A DNA stretch of 51,878 bases from contig JBBTQE010000019.1 of the NCBI GenBank assembly GCA_038065775.1, forward strand, positions 1-51,878, given 5' to 3'. A model generated the notes under the pieces. That model made no database searches and had not been told where the DNA came from. It saw only the letters and a program-made list of their open reading frames with translations. The first letter of the stretch is position 1; each line of letters begins with the position of its first letter. The position numbers and the translations under genes were made by a program. Of the stretch, positions 1-9,373 are shown piece by piece. Source of the stretch: Patescibacteria group bacterium. Lineage in GTDB: Bacteria; Patescibacteriota; Patescibacteriia; Magasanikbacterales; GWA2-37-8.

Positions 1-148
1 TGCCAGCCCCGTTGTCTTGAGAGCGCATAGTTTCTTTAAGATTGGCGATTAGTTGTTGTATTTTTTCAGATTTAATTTCATTGACGTCAATATTGTTGGC
101 GACTTTATGAAGTAATTCATCAGGCTCAATTAAAATATTTAAAATCAT
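1..148 (-). CDS. def: peptide deformylase, N-terminal part (gene continues off the left edge)
   Basis: Hand translation from the ATG at 148-146 gives MILNILIEPDELLHKVANNIDVNEIKSEKIQQLIANLKETMRSQDNGAG. This has the usual Def N-terminal layout and ends where the GxGLAA motif begins. It is too short for the ORF track. Confidence 0.6.
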   Translation of the reverse strand, partial: MILNILIEPDELLHKVANNIDVNEIKSEKIQQLIANLKETMRSQDNGAG

Positions 149-156
149 AGTATTGC

Positions 157-2022
157 TTATAGGCATAAAATTGAATTTGGATTTGGGTCAACCTTCCATG
201 TTTTGGGAACTTTGGTTAGAAGTAATTTTGTGCTTTGTTTGTAACTCTCGTATTTTATTTTTGCCAAAATTACTTGCCAGAATTGTCCGCCGTAGAAATA
301 TGGCGCGGTTTGCAGTGGACCGGATATTGTAATATCTTGGTGAATTTTAGTCAAGGCTGTTAAATCAGCGGCTAATTTTTCCGATTCACGTTCAGCCATT
401 TCACGGCTTGAATTGCCGTACAATAATTTTACGATAAATTTGAATGGCGGATAGCCCAAGGCGCGCCGCTCGTTTAATTGTTCATTATAAAAAGATTCCG
501 GATTAAAAAGCGATTTAAAAATAATATGATCCGGGTTGGCGGTTTGTATGATAATTTTTGCTCCGTTTTGTAAATTATACTGAGCGTCGCGAACTTGCCA
601 CCACAAATTTTCCGCGATTTTATACTCCGGAATAAACAGCGAAGAGTCGGCGTCAACAAATGCCATCAGTTTAATTTTTTTCCAGTCAAGACGAGGCCAC
701 GCTAATTGTGTGCCAATTATAATTTTGTCTTCAGTTGTATTCAGTTTTTCAATGTCATTTTGGTCGCTATCAATTCTGATTATTAATTTTTTGTTCGCGC
801 TCCCGAGCAGACGATGTATTGTCGTTTCAACTAATTGCGTGCCGGCGCCAAACATGGCCATGTTTATGCCATTGCATTTTTTACACGACTCAATCATCGG
901 TTCAAAATATTTGTCAAAGTGGCACACTACTCGGTTTGCATCTTCGTGAAAATTCATTGAACGATTGCATTTTGGACATTTTATAACATTCCCGCAATCC
1001 CGACAGCCGACATAGCTAGAGCTTCCTCTTCTGTTCAAAAAGAAAAAAACATCGCCGGAGATTGTTTTGAATCCGTCAACCAAAGCGTTGCTTAAAAAAC
1101 TATAATTATGGGCTTTGCGTTCGTTTCGCAGGTCGATAATTTCCGTGCTCGTTTGAATTTGCGGAATCTTTGATTCATTATAGTAAATTTTATTTTTTGC
1201 GAAGAAAAATGTTTCAACAGATGGCGTATGGCCCATTAAATAAAGTTTGGCGTTGTGGTGCTTTGCCAAAAAAATTACGGCATCTCTAGTGTGCAGGCGC
1301 GGAGCCATGTCCCAGCTTTTATAATTTTGATTTGCCTCATCATCAAGAATGATGGTGCGTAAATTGTGCCACGGAAGAAATAACGCCGAGCGCGTGCCCA
1401 TTACAATTTTTTTTGAACCAGTCCAGACATCAATCCATTTTGCAAATAGTTCTTTATTCCCCATGTCTCCGGCAATAAATACAACTTTATCTTGCGCTTC
1501 CGCCGGAAGTATTTTTTTCAGATTAATCAATGAGGCAATTTCCGGGACCAGCAAAAGCGTCTGGCCGTTTTCTTCGCCAATAGTTGAGATTAAAAAAGTA
1601 ATTTTGTCAAAAAAATTTTTATATAAAAAAACACCCGGTTTTTTGGCGGTTTGTTTTTGCGAGTCAAAATTTTGAACAAGTTTTGATAAATATTTTAACT
1701 TTCGTTTTTGTAGTGGCAATAAATTTGTTTTTAATAAAAATCCAAGCGAAGTTTTGTAAAATTCGGACATGTCTTCCAAAAAAGCGATTTGCTGTTTGGA
1801 TAATAGTGCGGTAGTTGAAATTATTTCAGCAATTGGTTTGGCTTCTTTAGCTCTGGTTTCTGTTTTTAATTCGTTAATTATTCCAAAAATTTCTTTAGAA
1901 CGAAAAGGAATTTTTACAAGCTGGCCAGCTTTAATATCGCCGGCCATATCGGAGGGCACTAAATAATCCAAATACTGAAGCCCCAAAGGCATTCTTCGCG
2001 CCGGAATAACTTGAGCAAACAT
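157..2022 (-). CDS. priA: primosomal protein N' (replication restart helicase PriA)
   Basis: 621 aa. The N-terminus MFAQVIPARRMPLGLQYLDYLVP is PriA-like. The helicase core contains DDEAN, and there is a Cys-rich Zn-binding insert (CRDCGNVIKCPKCNRSM...CHF...CKKCNG). Confidence 0.85.
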   Translation of the reverse strand: MFAQVIPARRMPLGLQYLDYLVPSDMAGDIKAGQLVKIPFRSKEIFGIINELKTETRAKEAKPIAEIISTTALLSKQQIAFLEDMSEFYKTSLGFLLKTNLLPLQKRKLKYLSKLVQNFDSQKQTAKKPGVFLYKNFFDKITFLISTIGEENGQTLLLVPEIASLINLKKILPAEAQDKVVFIAGDMGNKELFAKWIDVWTGSKKIVMGTRSALFLPWHNLRTIILDDEANQNYKSWDMAPRLHTRDAVIFLAKHHNAKLYLMGHTPSVETFFFAKNKIYYNESKIPQIQTSTEIIDLRNERKAHNYSFLSNALVDGFKTISGDVFFFLNRRGSSSYVGCRDCGNVIKCPKCNRSMNFHEDANRVVCHFDKYFEPMIESCKKCNGINMAMFGAGTQLVETTIHRLLGSANKKLIIRIDSDQNDIEKLNTTEDKIIIGTQLAWPRLDWKKIKLMAFVDADSSLFIPEYKIAENLWWQVRDAQYNLQNGAKIIIQTANPDHIIFKSLFNPESFYNEQLNERRALGYPPFKFIVKLLYGNSSREMAERESEKLAADLTALTKIHQDITISGPLQTAPYFYGGQFWQVILAKIKYESYKQSTKLLLTKVPKTWKVDPNPNSILCL

Positions 2023-2023
2023 A

Positions 2024-2824
2024 TTATCCTTCGGACAAAGCGAAATTAGCTGTCAAATATCCCACTCCAAACGGCGCTTCGTATGCGTATTGTTTATAAA
2101 TATTATGGATGCCCTGCAAAATACCCATTAATATTAAAATTGATCTGAAACCGCATTCGGCCGCGTCTTTCACTAATTTTTTATCCAACTGCAACATTCC
2201 CGCCAAATTATTATGAGCTAAAAATTCTTGTATTTTTTTATCAAATTCCGCGCCAGCCTTGTTAAAACCCGCCGGCGCCTCGGTGATTAGAGCGTGCGAC
2301 AAATCGGCTGATGCTACAATTGCCACCCGTTTGTTTGTTTCGAGAACTTTTTCTTTTATCATCACTCCAAAATCAACATGAGTCTTCCAGTCCAAGTCGG
2401 AAAATCCAAGTTGCATAAGTTTTAAATCAGCTAAGTGCCTTGTTAAAAAAAACAATGGCACGGATGTTCCGTGGTCAAGATTTGTTTCGCTTATCATTCC
2501 CATTGGAAATTTTTGTTCTTTTCCACTTTCACGGATATATGAAGATAAGTTCATTTCTCCTTGAAATTTTAATTTTGTGCTCAAATCACCGAATTCGCGC
2601 AGGTCAGTTTGAAATTCATGAGCGACATTTAACGTAAATGCGTCGCTAAAATGGCTTCCATGCGGGGAAATTACGATTAGTATTTCAGGTCGGCTCAAAT
2701 ATAAATCCTGCTCCAGCTGTTCATAAGCTTTTTGAGTTTTTTCAATTTTTTTAACAGCCTGCTTGCCGATGCTCGGAATTAAAAGCGGCGGGTGCGGCGC
2801 AATTGCCGCAAAAACTAGAGACAT
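2024..2824 (-). CDS. class III extradiol dioxygenase / MEMO-LigB superfamily protein
   Basis: 266 aa. The N-terminus AAIAPHPPLLIP and later VISPHG and ADLSH match the LigB-type fold pattern. The specific function is unknown. Confidence 0.5.
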   Translation of the reverse strand: MSLVFAAIAPHPPLLIPSIGKQAVKKIEKTQKAYEQLEQDLYLSRPEILIVISPHGSHFSDAFTLNVAHEFQTDLREFGDLSTKLKFQGEMNLSSYIRESGKEQKFPMGMISETNLDHGTSVPLFFLTRHLADLKLMQLGFSDLDWKTHVDFGVMIKEKVLETNKRVAIVASADLSHALITEAPAGFNKAGAEFDKKIQEFLAHNNLAGMLQLDKKLVKDAAECGFRSILILMGILQGIHNIYKQYAYEAPFGVGYLTANFALSEG

Positions 2825-2827
2825 AGA

Positions 2828-5059
2828 TTATTGTACATTAGCGATTTTAACTTGGCCGCTGGCGATCCACTTCGCCAAATTATTCGGCTCATTAAATCTA
2901 TTTTTGTAATCTTTGTTTCCAAGAGTCACGATAACAAATTTTTTCTTTGTTTTTCTTCCTTCCACCAACATCACCATTACAGATCCAGCCTCGTCAGTAT
3001 AGCCGGTTTTGCTTGCCAGTATTCTATAATTTCTGCCGGATAATTTCAATAACTGATTTGTGTTGGCAATCGTATGCAATTGAGCGCCGGCTTTGCTCGG
3101 CATTTCTTTGAATTGGTATGTTTGTTCAAACAAAGTTTTTTGCATCAAATCATTTTCAAGAATTTTTGTAAAGATTTTTAGCAAATTTCTCGGCGTTGAC
3201 TTATTACTCTCGTCCAATCCGGTAACATCGGCAATGGTCGTGTCGTCTGCGTCCCAGTTTTCCAGTCGTTTATTTATAGTTCGTATGAATTCATCTTCAG
3301 AAAGCCCGCTTGCCTGCGCGACCATTCGCGCCGTGTTGTTGTAAGAACCGATCAGCATGGCTGAAAAAAGATCCAGATTTTTTAATTTTGCGCCATTTTT
3401 TAAATTAAGAATATGTCCGCTTGAGCCGGCTATTTTTTTGTCGTATGTTGATATTTTTTTAAGATCAAAATCCTGATTTAGCGCTTCATATGCGACAAAT
3501 AGTTTTGTCAACGAGGCGATAGGACGCGGAGTGTCTATGTCCTTGCCGGAAATTATACGGCCGCTTGGGTATTCGGCAATCAAATACGCCGGAACTTTGC
3601 TCTTTCTGTAAATATCATCAACCTTTATCAAACTGTCACCCAAAAATTTATTGCGCGATGAAAGCAGGCTGCTGTTCAAGAAGATTGGTTCGCCGGTTAG
3701 AATGCCGAGAGCGGTGATTTGTTGCACGGTGATTACATTGGATTTTTTGTAGCCCATTGATTTGAAGGTCTCATTGTCTGCAATTTTTCGTTTTTTACCA
3801 TTTTCCATCACGAATATGGAGTTGCCGCCTGAAATCCTAAGGAGCGTCCCGTCTTTAAACGGAAGTGGCATGTCGGCAACAGGTAAATTTTTAATGTCAA
3901 TCAGTTTGTGCTGTTCAATTTTTAAATCACTAAAATTTTCATCAACAATTTTTTCATCCGTAATCGGATAAAGTACATTGTCTTTGTAGAGGTAAAAAGC
4001 ATTGCTTAAATCCGTTATCTGATAAATTACGCCCTGCGGAGCGGTGGAGGTTGTGTTGATTGTTGTCCCAATCGTATAACCGGCGATATCTTCAGCTGTT
4101 ATTCCTATAACTTCATCCGGATTATAGCCGATCTGGCGAAAAACCTCATCAGAAGCGAATGGCCGAAGCGTATCGTAGTCAAGCAAGTAATAAATTCCCG
4201 CGACTTTTAAAATAGAATAATTGGGAAAAGCGATTTCCGCGCCTGTCTGATAATTGTTAAGTTCAATATCCGGAATGGAAATAATTAAATCCGGATTCGC
4301 GCGGCTAAGAAGCGTGGCTTGATTTTTAAATTTGCGTTTGACGTTGTTTTGAATCAACCAGATTTCCGAGCTGGAGGCGGACTTAAGAAGTGTGCCGTTT
4401 GGATAAACCTGCGCGAACCATGTGTTCCAAATTCGCCAAAAGTTTTTATTGCCATGAAGATGCGGTGTGTAAGTATATAAAAATGCGGTGGCCCAGCTTC
4501 CGGGGATAACAGGTTCCTTGTCAATTATTGTGGTTTGGTCTTTCTTTTTTACAAAAGATTTTTCAGTGTTTTCATAATACCAACGAATAATTCCAGCCGA
4601 ATTATCAACTTGTTTTCCAAAGCCTTTGTGTTTTAAAACATTCGGGTCGCTTAAGTAACAGCCGTCACAAACACCATAACCGGTCGCCCAGTCAAGCTGT
4701 TTTTGAGTGGGTGAGTCCTCGGTTATTAAACTTTGTTCTTTTTGGAGAGTCACCAAAATATATTTTGGGTTTATTTGGTTCCTTTGCGCCGATTGATAAA
4801 TTATCTCACTCGCGCGTTTAAAAATTCCATCAACATCTTCGGCAAAAAAAGCGGCGAGGTAACTTCCTTTGGATTCTAAAAATTTTTGGATATCATCCGC
4901 GGCCCAATTAACCGTACTCTGCATTTCTTCATCGGAAATAATAAAATTCGGATTGAATTCCGATTGGGAATGCGCCGGGAAATAGGGGATGAGTAAAGCT
5001 AAGAATACAAGAAAAGCTATGATTTTGTCTTTCTTTGGCATATAGAGGTAGTATAGCAT
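2828..5059 (-). CDS. secreted multidomain D-alanyl-D-alanine carboxypeptidase (S11/PBP5-like C-terminal domain)
   Basis: 743 aa with a signal-peptide-like N-terminus; an alternative start is MPKKDK at 5041. The C-terminal domain has SxxK (ASLTKLF), SxN (SYNN) and KTG (KTGYT). The N-terminal ~250 aa is an uncharacterised domain containing the NPKYILVTLQKEQSLI motif. The central part holds about four ~50-aa repeats of the type GKKRKI..xxxFxxxGY...V..V. Confidence 0.75.
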   Translation of the reverse strand: MLYYLYMPKKDKIIAFLVFLALLIPYFPAHSQSEFNPNFIISDEEMQSTVNWAADDIQKFLESKGSYLAAFFAEDVDGIFKRASEIIYQSAQRNQINPKYILVTLQKEQSLITEDSPTQKQLDWATGYGVCDGCYLSDPNVLKHKGFGKQVDNSAGIIRWYYENTEKSFVKKKDQTTIIDKEPVIPGSWATAFLYTYTPHLHGNKNFWRIWNTWFAQVYPNGTLLKSASSSEIWLIQNNVKRKFKNQATLLSRANPDLIISIPDIELNNYQTGAEIAFPNYSILKVAGIYYLLDYDTLRPFASDEVFRQIGYNPDEVIGITAEDIAGYTIGTTINTTSTAPQGVIYQITDLSNAFYLYKDNVLYPITDEKIVDENFSDLKIEQHKLIDIKNLPVADMPLPFKDGTLLRISGGNSIFVMENGKKRKIADNETFKSMGYKKSNVITVQQITALGILTGEPIFLNSSLLSSRNKFLGDSLIKVDDIYRKSKVPAYLIAEYPSGRIISGKDIDTPRPIASLTKLFVAYEALNQDFDLKKISTYDKKIAGSSGHILNLKNGAKLKNLDLFSAMLIGSYNNTARMVAQASGLSEDEFIRTINKRLENWDADDTTIADVTGLDESNKSTPRNLLKIFTKILENDLMQKTLFEQTYQFKEMPSKAGAQLHTIANTNQLLKLSGRNYRILASKTGYTDEAGSVMVMLVEGRKTKKKFVIVTLGNKDYKNRFNEPNNLAKWIASGQVKIANVQ

Positions 5060-5074
5060 AAATAAATAAATAAC

Positions 5075-5107
5075 AAAAAAACTCCCCCTGACAAGGGCAG
5101 TTTTTTT
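5075..5107 (-). terminator. putative bidirectional rho-independent terminator downstream of clpB
   Basis: AAAAAAA-CTCCCC-ctgacaa-GGGCAG-TTTTTTT: a 6-bp stem with one mismatch, flanked by an A-run and a T-run. Confidence 0.4.
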
Positions 5108-5112
5108 ATTTT

Positions 5113-7749
5113 TTACTTTTCAAGCGTAATTTTTTCCTTCTTCGCCGAAACGTGAACAATGTCATTTTCTTCAAACCTTTTTTCAATAATAGCCGTTGCC
5201 AGTTCGTCTAAAAGTTCTGTTTGAATTATCCGTTTAAGCGGACGCGCGCCGTATGTTTCATCAAAACCTTTTTTAGCCAGATATTTTTTGGCATTGTCCG
5301 CTATTTCCAATGTAATTTTCTTTTCAAGAAGACGCTCCTTAACTTTTTCAAGCTGAATTTCAACAATTTTCGCGATATCCAGTTCTGTTAGTGAGTGAAA
5401 AATTGTAATTTCATCAACTCTATTTAAAAATTCCGGCTTAAATTGTTCGCGCAGGCTGGTCATAATTTTATCTTTGATTGCTTTTTCTTCAGGACGTTTA
5501 CCGTGTTCCGCTCCAAAACCAAATTCTCCTTTTTTGGACCAATCCAGAATCATGCCGCTTCCGATATTGCTGGTCATGATAATAACGGTGTTTTTAAAAT
5601 TTATAACCCTGCCTTTGGCGTCGGTTACCCGTCCGTCATCCAAAATTTGTAGAAGAACGTTAAACACATCCGGATGCGCTTTTTCAATTTCGTCAAATAA
5701 AACTACAGAGTATGGTTTTCTGCGAATGATTTCCGTGAGCTGTCCGCCTTCCTCATAACCAACGTAGCCGGGAGGGGAGCCGATAATTTTGGAAACGGTG
5801 TGTTTTTCCATGTATTCACTCATGTCAACGCGAACAAGCGCATCTTCGGTATCAAACAAAAATTCAGCCAATGCTTTGGCGAGTTCTGTCTTGCCAACTC
5901 CGGTTGGGCCAAGGAACATAAATGAGCCGATGGGCCGTTTAGGTTCCGCTATACCAGCGCGAGATCGTCTGATTGCGCTGGCCACGGCTTTCACAGCCTC
6001 TCCCTGCCCGACAACGCGTGTTGATAAGTAGCCTTCCATTTTTAAAAGTTTGTCCGCTTCGCCAATGAGCATTTTTTGCGCCGGTATGCCCGTCCATCTG
6101 GAAACTACGCGCGCGATATCTTCTTCGGTAACTTCTTCCTTCAAAATCCCACTGTCTTTTTGAATTTGTAAAAGTTTTTGCTCTTCTTGCCTGATTTGAC
6201 TTTCTATCGTCGGAATTTTTCCATAGCGGATTTCGGCTACTTTTTGCAAGTCTCCTTTGCGCTCATCAATTTCCGCCATTTGCTTAATTTGTTCAATTTC
6301 TTTTTTGTGCTTGTGTATGCTGGTAATGATTTCTTTTTCATTTTTCCAGCGAGCTTCCAATTCCATACTTTTTTCTTTGAGCTCGGCAAGATCTTTTTCT
6401 AATTTTTTCAGTCGTTCTTTGGCCTCTTCTTCCACTTCTTTTTTAAGCGCGCGTTTTTCAATTTCCATTTTTATCATCGCGCGTTTCATCTTATCCAGTT
6501 CATCCGGCATGGAGTCAATTTGCATGCGCAATGCTGAAGTGGCCTCGTCGATCAGGTCAATGGCTTTATCGGGAAGAAATCTATCGCTAATGTATCTTTG
6601 CGACAAATCAACGGCCGCTATAATCGCGGAGTCCGTAATGCGAACACCGTGATGGACTTCATATTTTTCTTTAATCCCGCGAAGAATGGCGATTGCGTCA
6701 TCGCGCGAGGGCTCGCTAACCAGAACAGGTTGGAATCTGCGCTCTAGAGCCGCGTCTTTTTCAATGTATTTTTGGTATTCTTTGAGTGTTGTAGCGCCGA
6801 TAGCGTGAAGTGTGCCACGCGCTAAATCCGGCTTAAGCATATTTGAAGCATCTACCGAGCCTTCGGATGAGCCAGCTCCGACGATGGTATGCAGTTCATC
6901 AACAAATAAAATTATTTTGCCGTCAGATTCATCAATTTCCTTCAGAACCGCCTTTAATCTATCCTCAAATTCGCCTCTGAATTTTGTGCCAGCTAAAAGC
7001 GATCCGATATCTAGCGCGATTATTTCTTTGTTTTTTAAAGATTCAGGCACATCACCGTTCACGATTCTCTGCGCCAGGCCTTCCACGACCGCGGTTTTGC
7101 CAGTACCCGGTTCGCCGATAAGAACAGGATTGTTTTTTGTGCGTCGGCTTAAGATTTGCATTACGCGCCTGATTTCATCGTCGCGTCCGATTACCGGGTC
7201 AAGTTTTTCTTTGCTCGCGAGTTCTGTTAAATTTTTTCCGTATTTTTCCAAAACATTGTATTTAGTTTCGGGTTCTGGCGAATCAACTCGCTGTGTTCCG
7301 CGAATGCCGGCTAAAATTTTGAGAGCGTCGTCATAATTTACTTTGTGCGACAAAAGCAAATCGCTGATTGGATTTTTATTTATCATGAAGGCCAAAAATA
7401 AATGTTCAACACTGATGTATTGATCTCCCATTTTTTTTGCTTCGTTTACAGCTGTCTGAAATATGTAAATCATTGCCTGCCCAAGCAAAATTTGTCCGAG
7501 TCCGCCAGGTTGAGCCGTGGAGTTGGACTGGCGCGGAAGTCTGTCAATTAAAGATTGGGCGCCGGCCTTAAGCGCGATAATATTTGCGTTAAATTTATGC
7601 AGGATTGATGTCGTGACGCCTTCAGCATCTTCCAAAAGCGCAAAAAACAAATGAGGCGGCTCAATTTGTTGCTGGCCGTTTTCATATGCTATTCTGGCCG
7701 CGTTTTGAATGATTTCTTGAGATTTATTGGTAAAATTTTGCGGGATCAT
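5113..7749 (-). CDS. clpB: ATP-dependent chaperone ClpB (AAA+ disaggregase)
   Basis: Two AAA+ modules (GEPGTGKTA and GPTGVGKTE Walker A motifs) are separated by a long coiled-coil M-domain ([25 protein letters not shown]...). I place the start at the ATG at 7749 (MIPQNF). The track's longer start at 7767 is a GTG lying inside the CIRCE operator. Confidence 0.9.
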   Translation of the reverse strand: MIPQNFTNKSQEIIQNAARIAYENGQQQIEPPHLFFALLEDAEGVTTSILHKFNANIIALKAGAQSLIDRLPRQSNSTAQPGGLGQILLGQAMIYIFQTAVNEAKKMGDQYISVEHLFLAFMINKNPISDLLLSHKVNYDDALKILAGIRGTQRVDSPEPETKYNVLEKYGKNLTELASKEKLDPVIGRDDEIRRVMQILSRRTKNNPVLIGEPGTGKTAVVEGLAQRIVNGDVPESLKNKEIIALDIGSLLAGTKFRGEFEDRLKAVLKEIDESDGKIILFVDELHTIVGAGSSEGSVDASNMLKPDLARGTLHAIGATTLKEYQKYIEKDAALERRFQPVLVSEPSRDDAIAILRGIKEKYEVHHGVRITDSAIIAAVDLSQRYISDRFLPDKAIDLIDEATSALRMQIDSMPDELDKMKRAMIKMEIEKRALKKEVEEEAKERLKKLEKDLAELKEKSMELEARWKNEKEIITSIHKHKKEIEQIKQMAEIDERKGDLQKVAEIRYGKIPTIESQIRQEEQKLLQIQKDSGILKEEVTEEDIARVVSRWTGIPAQKMLIGEADKLLKMEGYLSTRVVGQGEAVKAVASAIRRSRAGIAEPKRPIGSFMFLGPTGVGKTELAKALAEFLFDTEDALVRVDMSEYMEKHTVSKIIGSPPGYVGYEEGGQLTEIIRRKPYSVVLFDEIEKAHPDVFNVLLQILDDGRVTDAKGRVINFKNTVIIMTSNIGSGMILDWSKKGEFGFGAEHGKRPEEKAIKDKIMTSLREQFKPEFLNRVDEITIFHSLTELDIAKIVEIQLEKVKERLLEKKITLEIADNAKKYLAKKGFDETYGARPLKRIIQTELLDELATAIIEKRFEENDIVHVSAKKEKITLEK

Positions 7750-7760
7750 GCTGATTTGGT

Positions 7761-7787
7761 TTAGCACTCTAATGCTTAGAGTGCTAA
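7761..7787. promoter_or_regulatory. CIRCE operator (HrcA binding site) in the clpB leader
   Basis: The sequence reads TTAGCACTC-taatgctta-GAGTGCTAA, an exact match to the CIRCE consensus TTAGCACTC-N9-GAGTGCTAA. It lies 12 nt upstream of the clpB ATG. Confidence 0.85.
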
Positions 7788-7788
7788 T

Positions 7789-7816
7789 ACTATATCATCT
7801 TGTTAAAATATGTCAA
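7789..7816 (-). promoter_or_regulatory. sigma-70-type promoter of clpB
   Basis: On the minus strand: TTGACA (7816-7811), a 16-nt spacer, then TATAGT (7794-7789). It sits immediately upstream of the CIRCE element. Confidence 0.6.
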
Positions 7817-7862
7817 GTTTGATAGAATTAGCCTGTAATTATTTTTTCATACGGTAAAAAGT

Positions 7863-8558
7863 ATGGCGAACGATTCAGTAATTCCGGAACATATTGGCAT
7901 CATTTTAGATGGCAACCGCAGGTGGGCAAAAGAGCGCGGGTTGCCCACTTTTTTTGGGCACAGGAAAGGGATGGAAAACGCCAAACGAATTATTTTGTAT
8001 GCCCAAAAAAGTGGGGTGAAGATAGTTACAATGTTTGCTTTTTCAACTGAAAATTGGTCGCGCGCGCCAAAGGAAGTTGGCTATCTGATGAAATTATTTG
8101 AGAATTATTTGGATAAGTATTTGCTGGAATTTAAGAAAAAAGGAGTTCGGCTTGGGCATGTCGGTTCAATGGAAGAGTTGCCGGAGAGTTTGAGCAAGAA
8201 ATTAAAAAAGGCGATTGAGGAGACGAAAAATAACAAAGGGATTATTGCAAATTTGGCGTTGAATTATGGCGGGCGCGACGAGATTAAGCGGATGATTCAA
8301 AAGATAATTTCTATGGGAATAAAGGCGAGCGAGGTTGATTTTGATTTAATCAGCGCGAATTTGGATACGAGTGGTTTGTCAGACCCGGATCTGATCATCC
8401 GCACTTCTGGTGAACAGAGAACTTCCGGTTTTTTGATTTGGCAGGGCGCTTATAGTGAATTATATTTTCCAAAAGTCCACTGGCCTGCTTTTGATGAGAG
8501 AGAATTTGATAAAGCGATTGAGGAGTATGGTAAACGACAAAGGAGGTTTGGGGTATGA
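7863..8558 (+). CDS. uppS: undecaprenyl-diphosphate synthase (cis-prenyltransferase)
   Basis: 231 aa with HIGIILDGNRRWA and RTSGEQRTSGFLIWQ motifs. Confidence 0.9.
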   Translation: MANDSVIPEHIGIILDGNRRWAKERGLPTFFGHRKGMENAKRIILYAQKSGVKIVTMFAFSTENWSRAPKEVGYLMKLFENYLDKYLLEFKKKGVRLGHVGSMEELPESLSKKLKKAIEETKNNKGIIANLALNYGGRDEIKRMIQKIISMGIKASEVDFDLISANLDTSGLSDPDLIIRTSGEQRTSGFLIWQGAYSELYFPKVHWPAFDEREFDKAIEEYGKRQRRFGV

Positions 8559-9373
8559 ATTTTCTAGGAGTCAAAATCAGCGAAGTTGATTTGGAAAAAG
8601 CGCGAGAGAAAGTTCGTGAGTTTTTAGGTTCTTCAAATCAGCATAAAATTTTCACTCCCAACCCGGAAATGATTGTAAAAGCGCAGAAAGATAAATATTT
8701 TCAAGATGTCCTGAATTCCGGCGATTTGAATTTGTGTGATGGAAAAGGGTTGGAAATGTTTACAAAAATTAAACGCATTCCCGGCATTGATTTTATGTTG
8801 GAGGTTTGTAAAATTGCGGCGGAGAAGGGGACGGGTGTTTATTTGTTGGGCTCCGGCAGGGATGAAGTTGTTAAAAAAACCGCAGAGAATTTGCAAAAAC
8901 AATTTCCGGGTTTGAAAATAGTTGGGTATGATAAAGGGCCGGTGATTGAAGAGAATTGTCATTCCGAACACATTCACTGCGTTCAATGTAAACTCCGTGA
9001 GGAATCTCTGTCCAATTCGTTTGGACACGGATCCCTCGTCGGCGCGAGCCTCGCTCGGGATGACACTGTGGCTAAAATAAACGCGTGTAACCCCGACATC
9101 CTCTTCGTCGCCTTTGGCATGGGCAAGCAGGAAAAATGGATTCATGAAAATTTATCAAAAATGCCAAGCGTAAAAATCGCGATGGGAGTCGGCGGTTCGT
9201 TTGATTATATCTCCGGCAAGGCAAAACGCGCCCCTTTATTTTTACGCAAAGTTGGGTTAGAATGGATGTATCGATTGTTTAAACAGTCGAGCCGTATATG
9301 GCGAATATTAAATGCGACAGTAAGGTTTTGTTATCTGATTATCAAAAATTATATTTATGAGAAAAAAATTTAG
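8555..9373 (+). CDS. WecB/TagA/CpsF-family glycosyltransferase carrying an in-frame palindromic-element insertion
   Basis: 272 aa. The ATGA overlap with uppS suggests translational coupling. Family-typical segments include FTPNPEMIV, DILFVAFGMGKQEKWI and MGVGGSFDY. About 37 extra residues (CHSEHIHCVQCKLREESLSNSFGHGSLVGASLARDDT) are encoded by repeat copy 8957-9066. Confidence 0.75.
   Translation: MNFLGVKISEVDLEKAREKVREFLGSSNQHKIFTPNPEMIVKAQKDKYFQDVLNSGDLNLCDGKGLEMFTKIKRIPGIDFMLEVCKIAAEKGTGVYLLGSGRDEVVKKTAENLQKQFPGLKIVGYDKGPVIEENCHSEHIHCVQCKLREESLSNSFGHGSLVGASLARDDTVAKINACNPDILFVAFGMGKQEKWIHENLSKMPSVKIAMGVGGSFDYISGKAKRAPLFLRKVGLEWMYRLFKQSSRIWRILNATVRFCYLIIKNYIYEKKI
8957..9066. repeat. palindromic element, long variant, inside the tagA-like CDS
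   Basis: tgtcattccgaac...gctcgggatgaca, with terminal inverted repeats TGTCATTCCGAAC and GCTCGGGATGACA. Its 3' half matches copy 29516-29628 at 36 of 37 positions when both are read on the coding strand. Confidence 0.85.

Noticed and set aside
5443-7336. Several plus-strand ORFs (up to 174 aa) overlapping clpB
   Set aside because: They are antisense shadow ORFs of a highly conserved gene. Their Ser-rich translations carry no motifs.
8555-8558. Alternative genetic code (TGA recoded, as in some candidate phyla)
   Set aside because: TGA terminates uppS in an ATGA overlap with the next start, and it also ends the helicase gene and ddl at sensible positions. All large ORFs are intact under the standard code.
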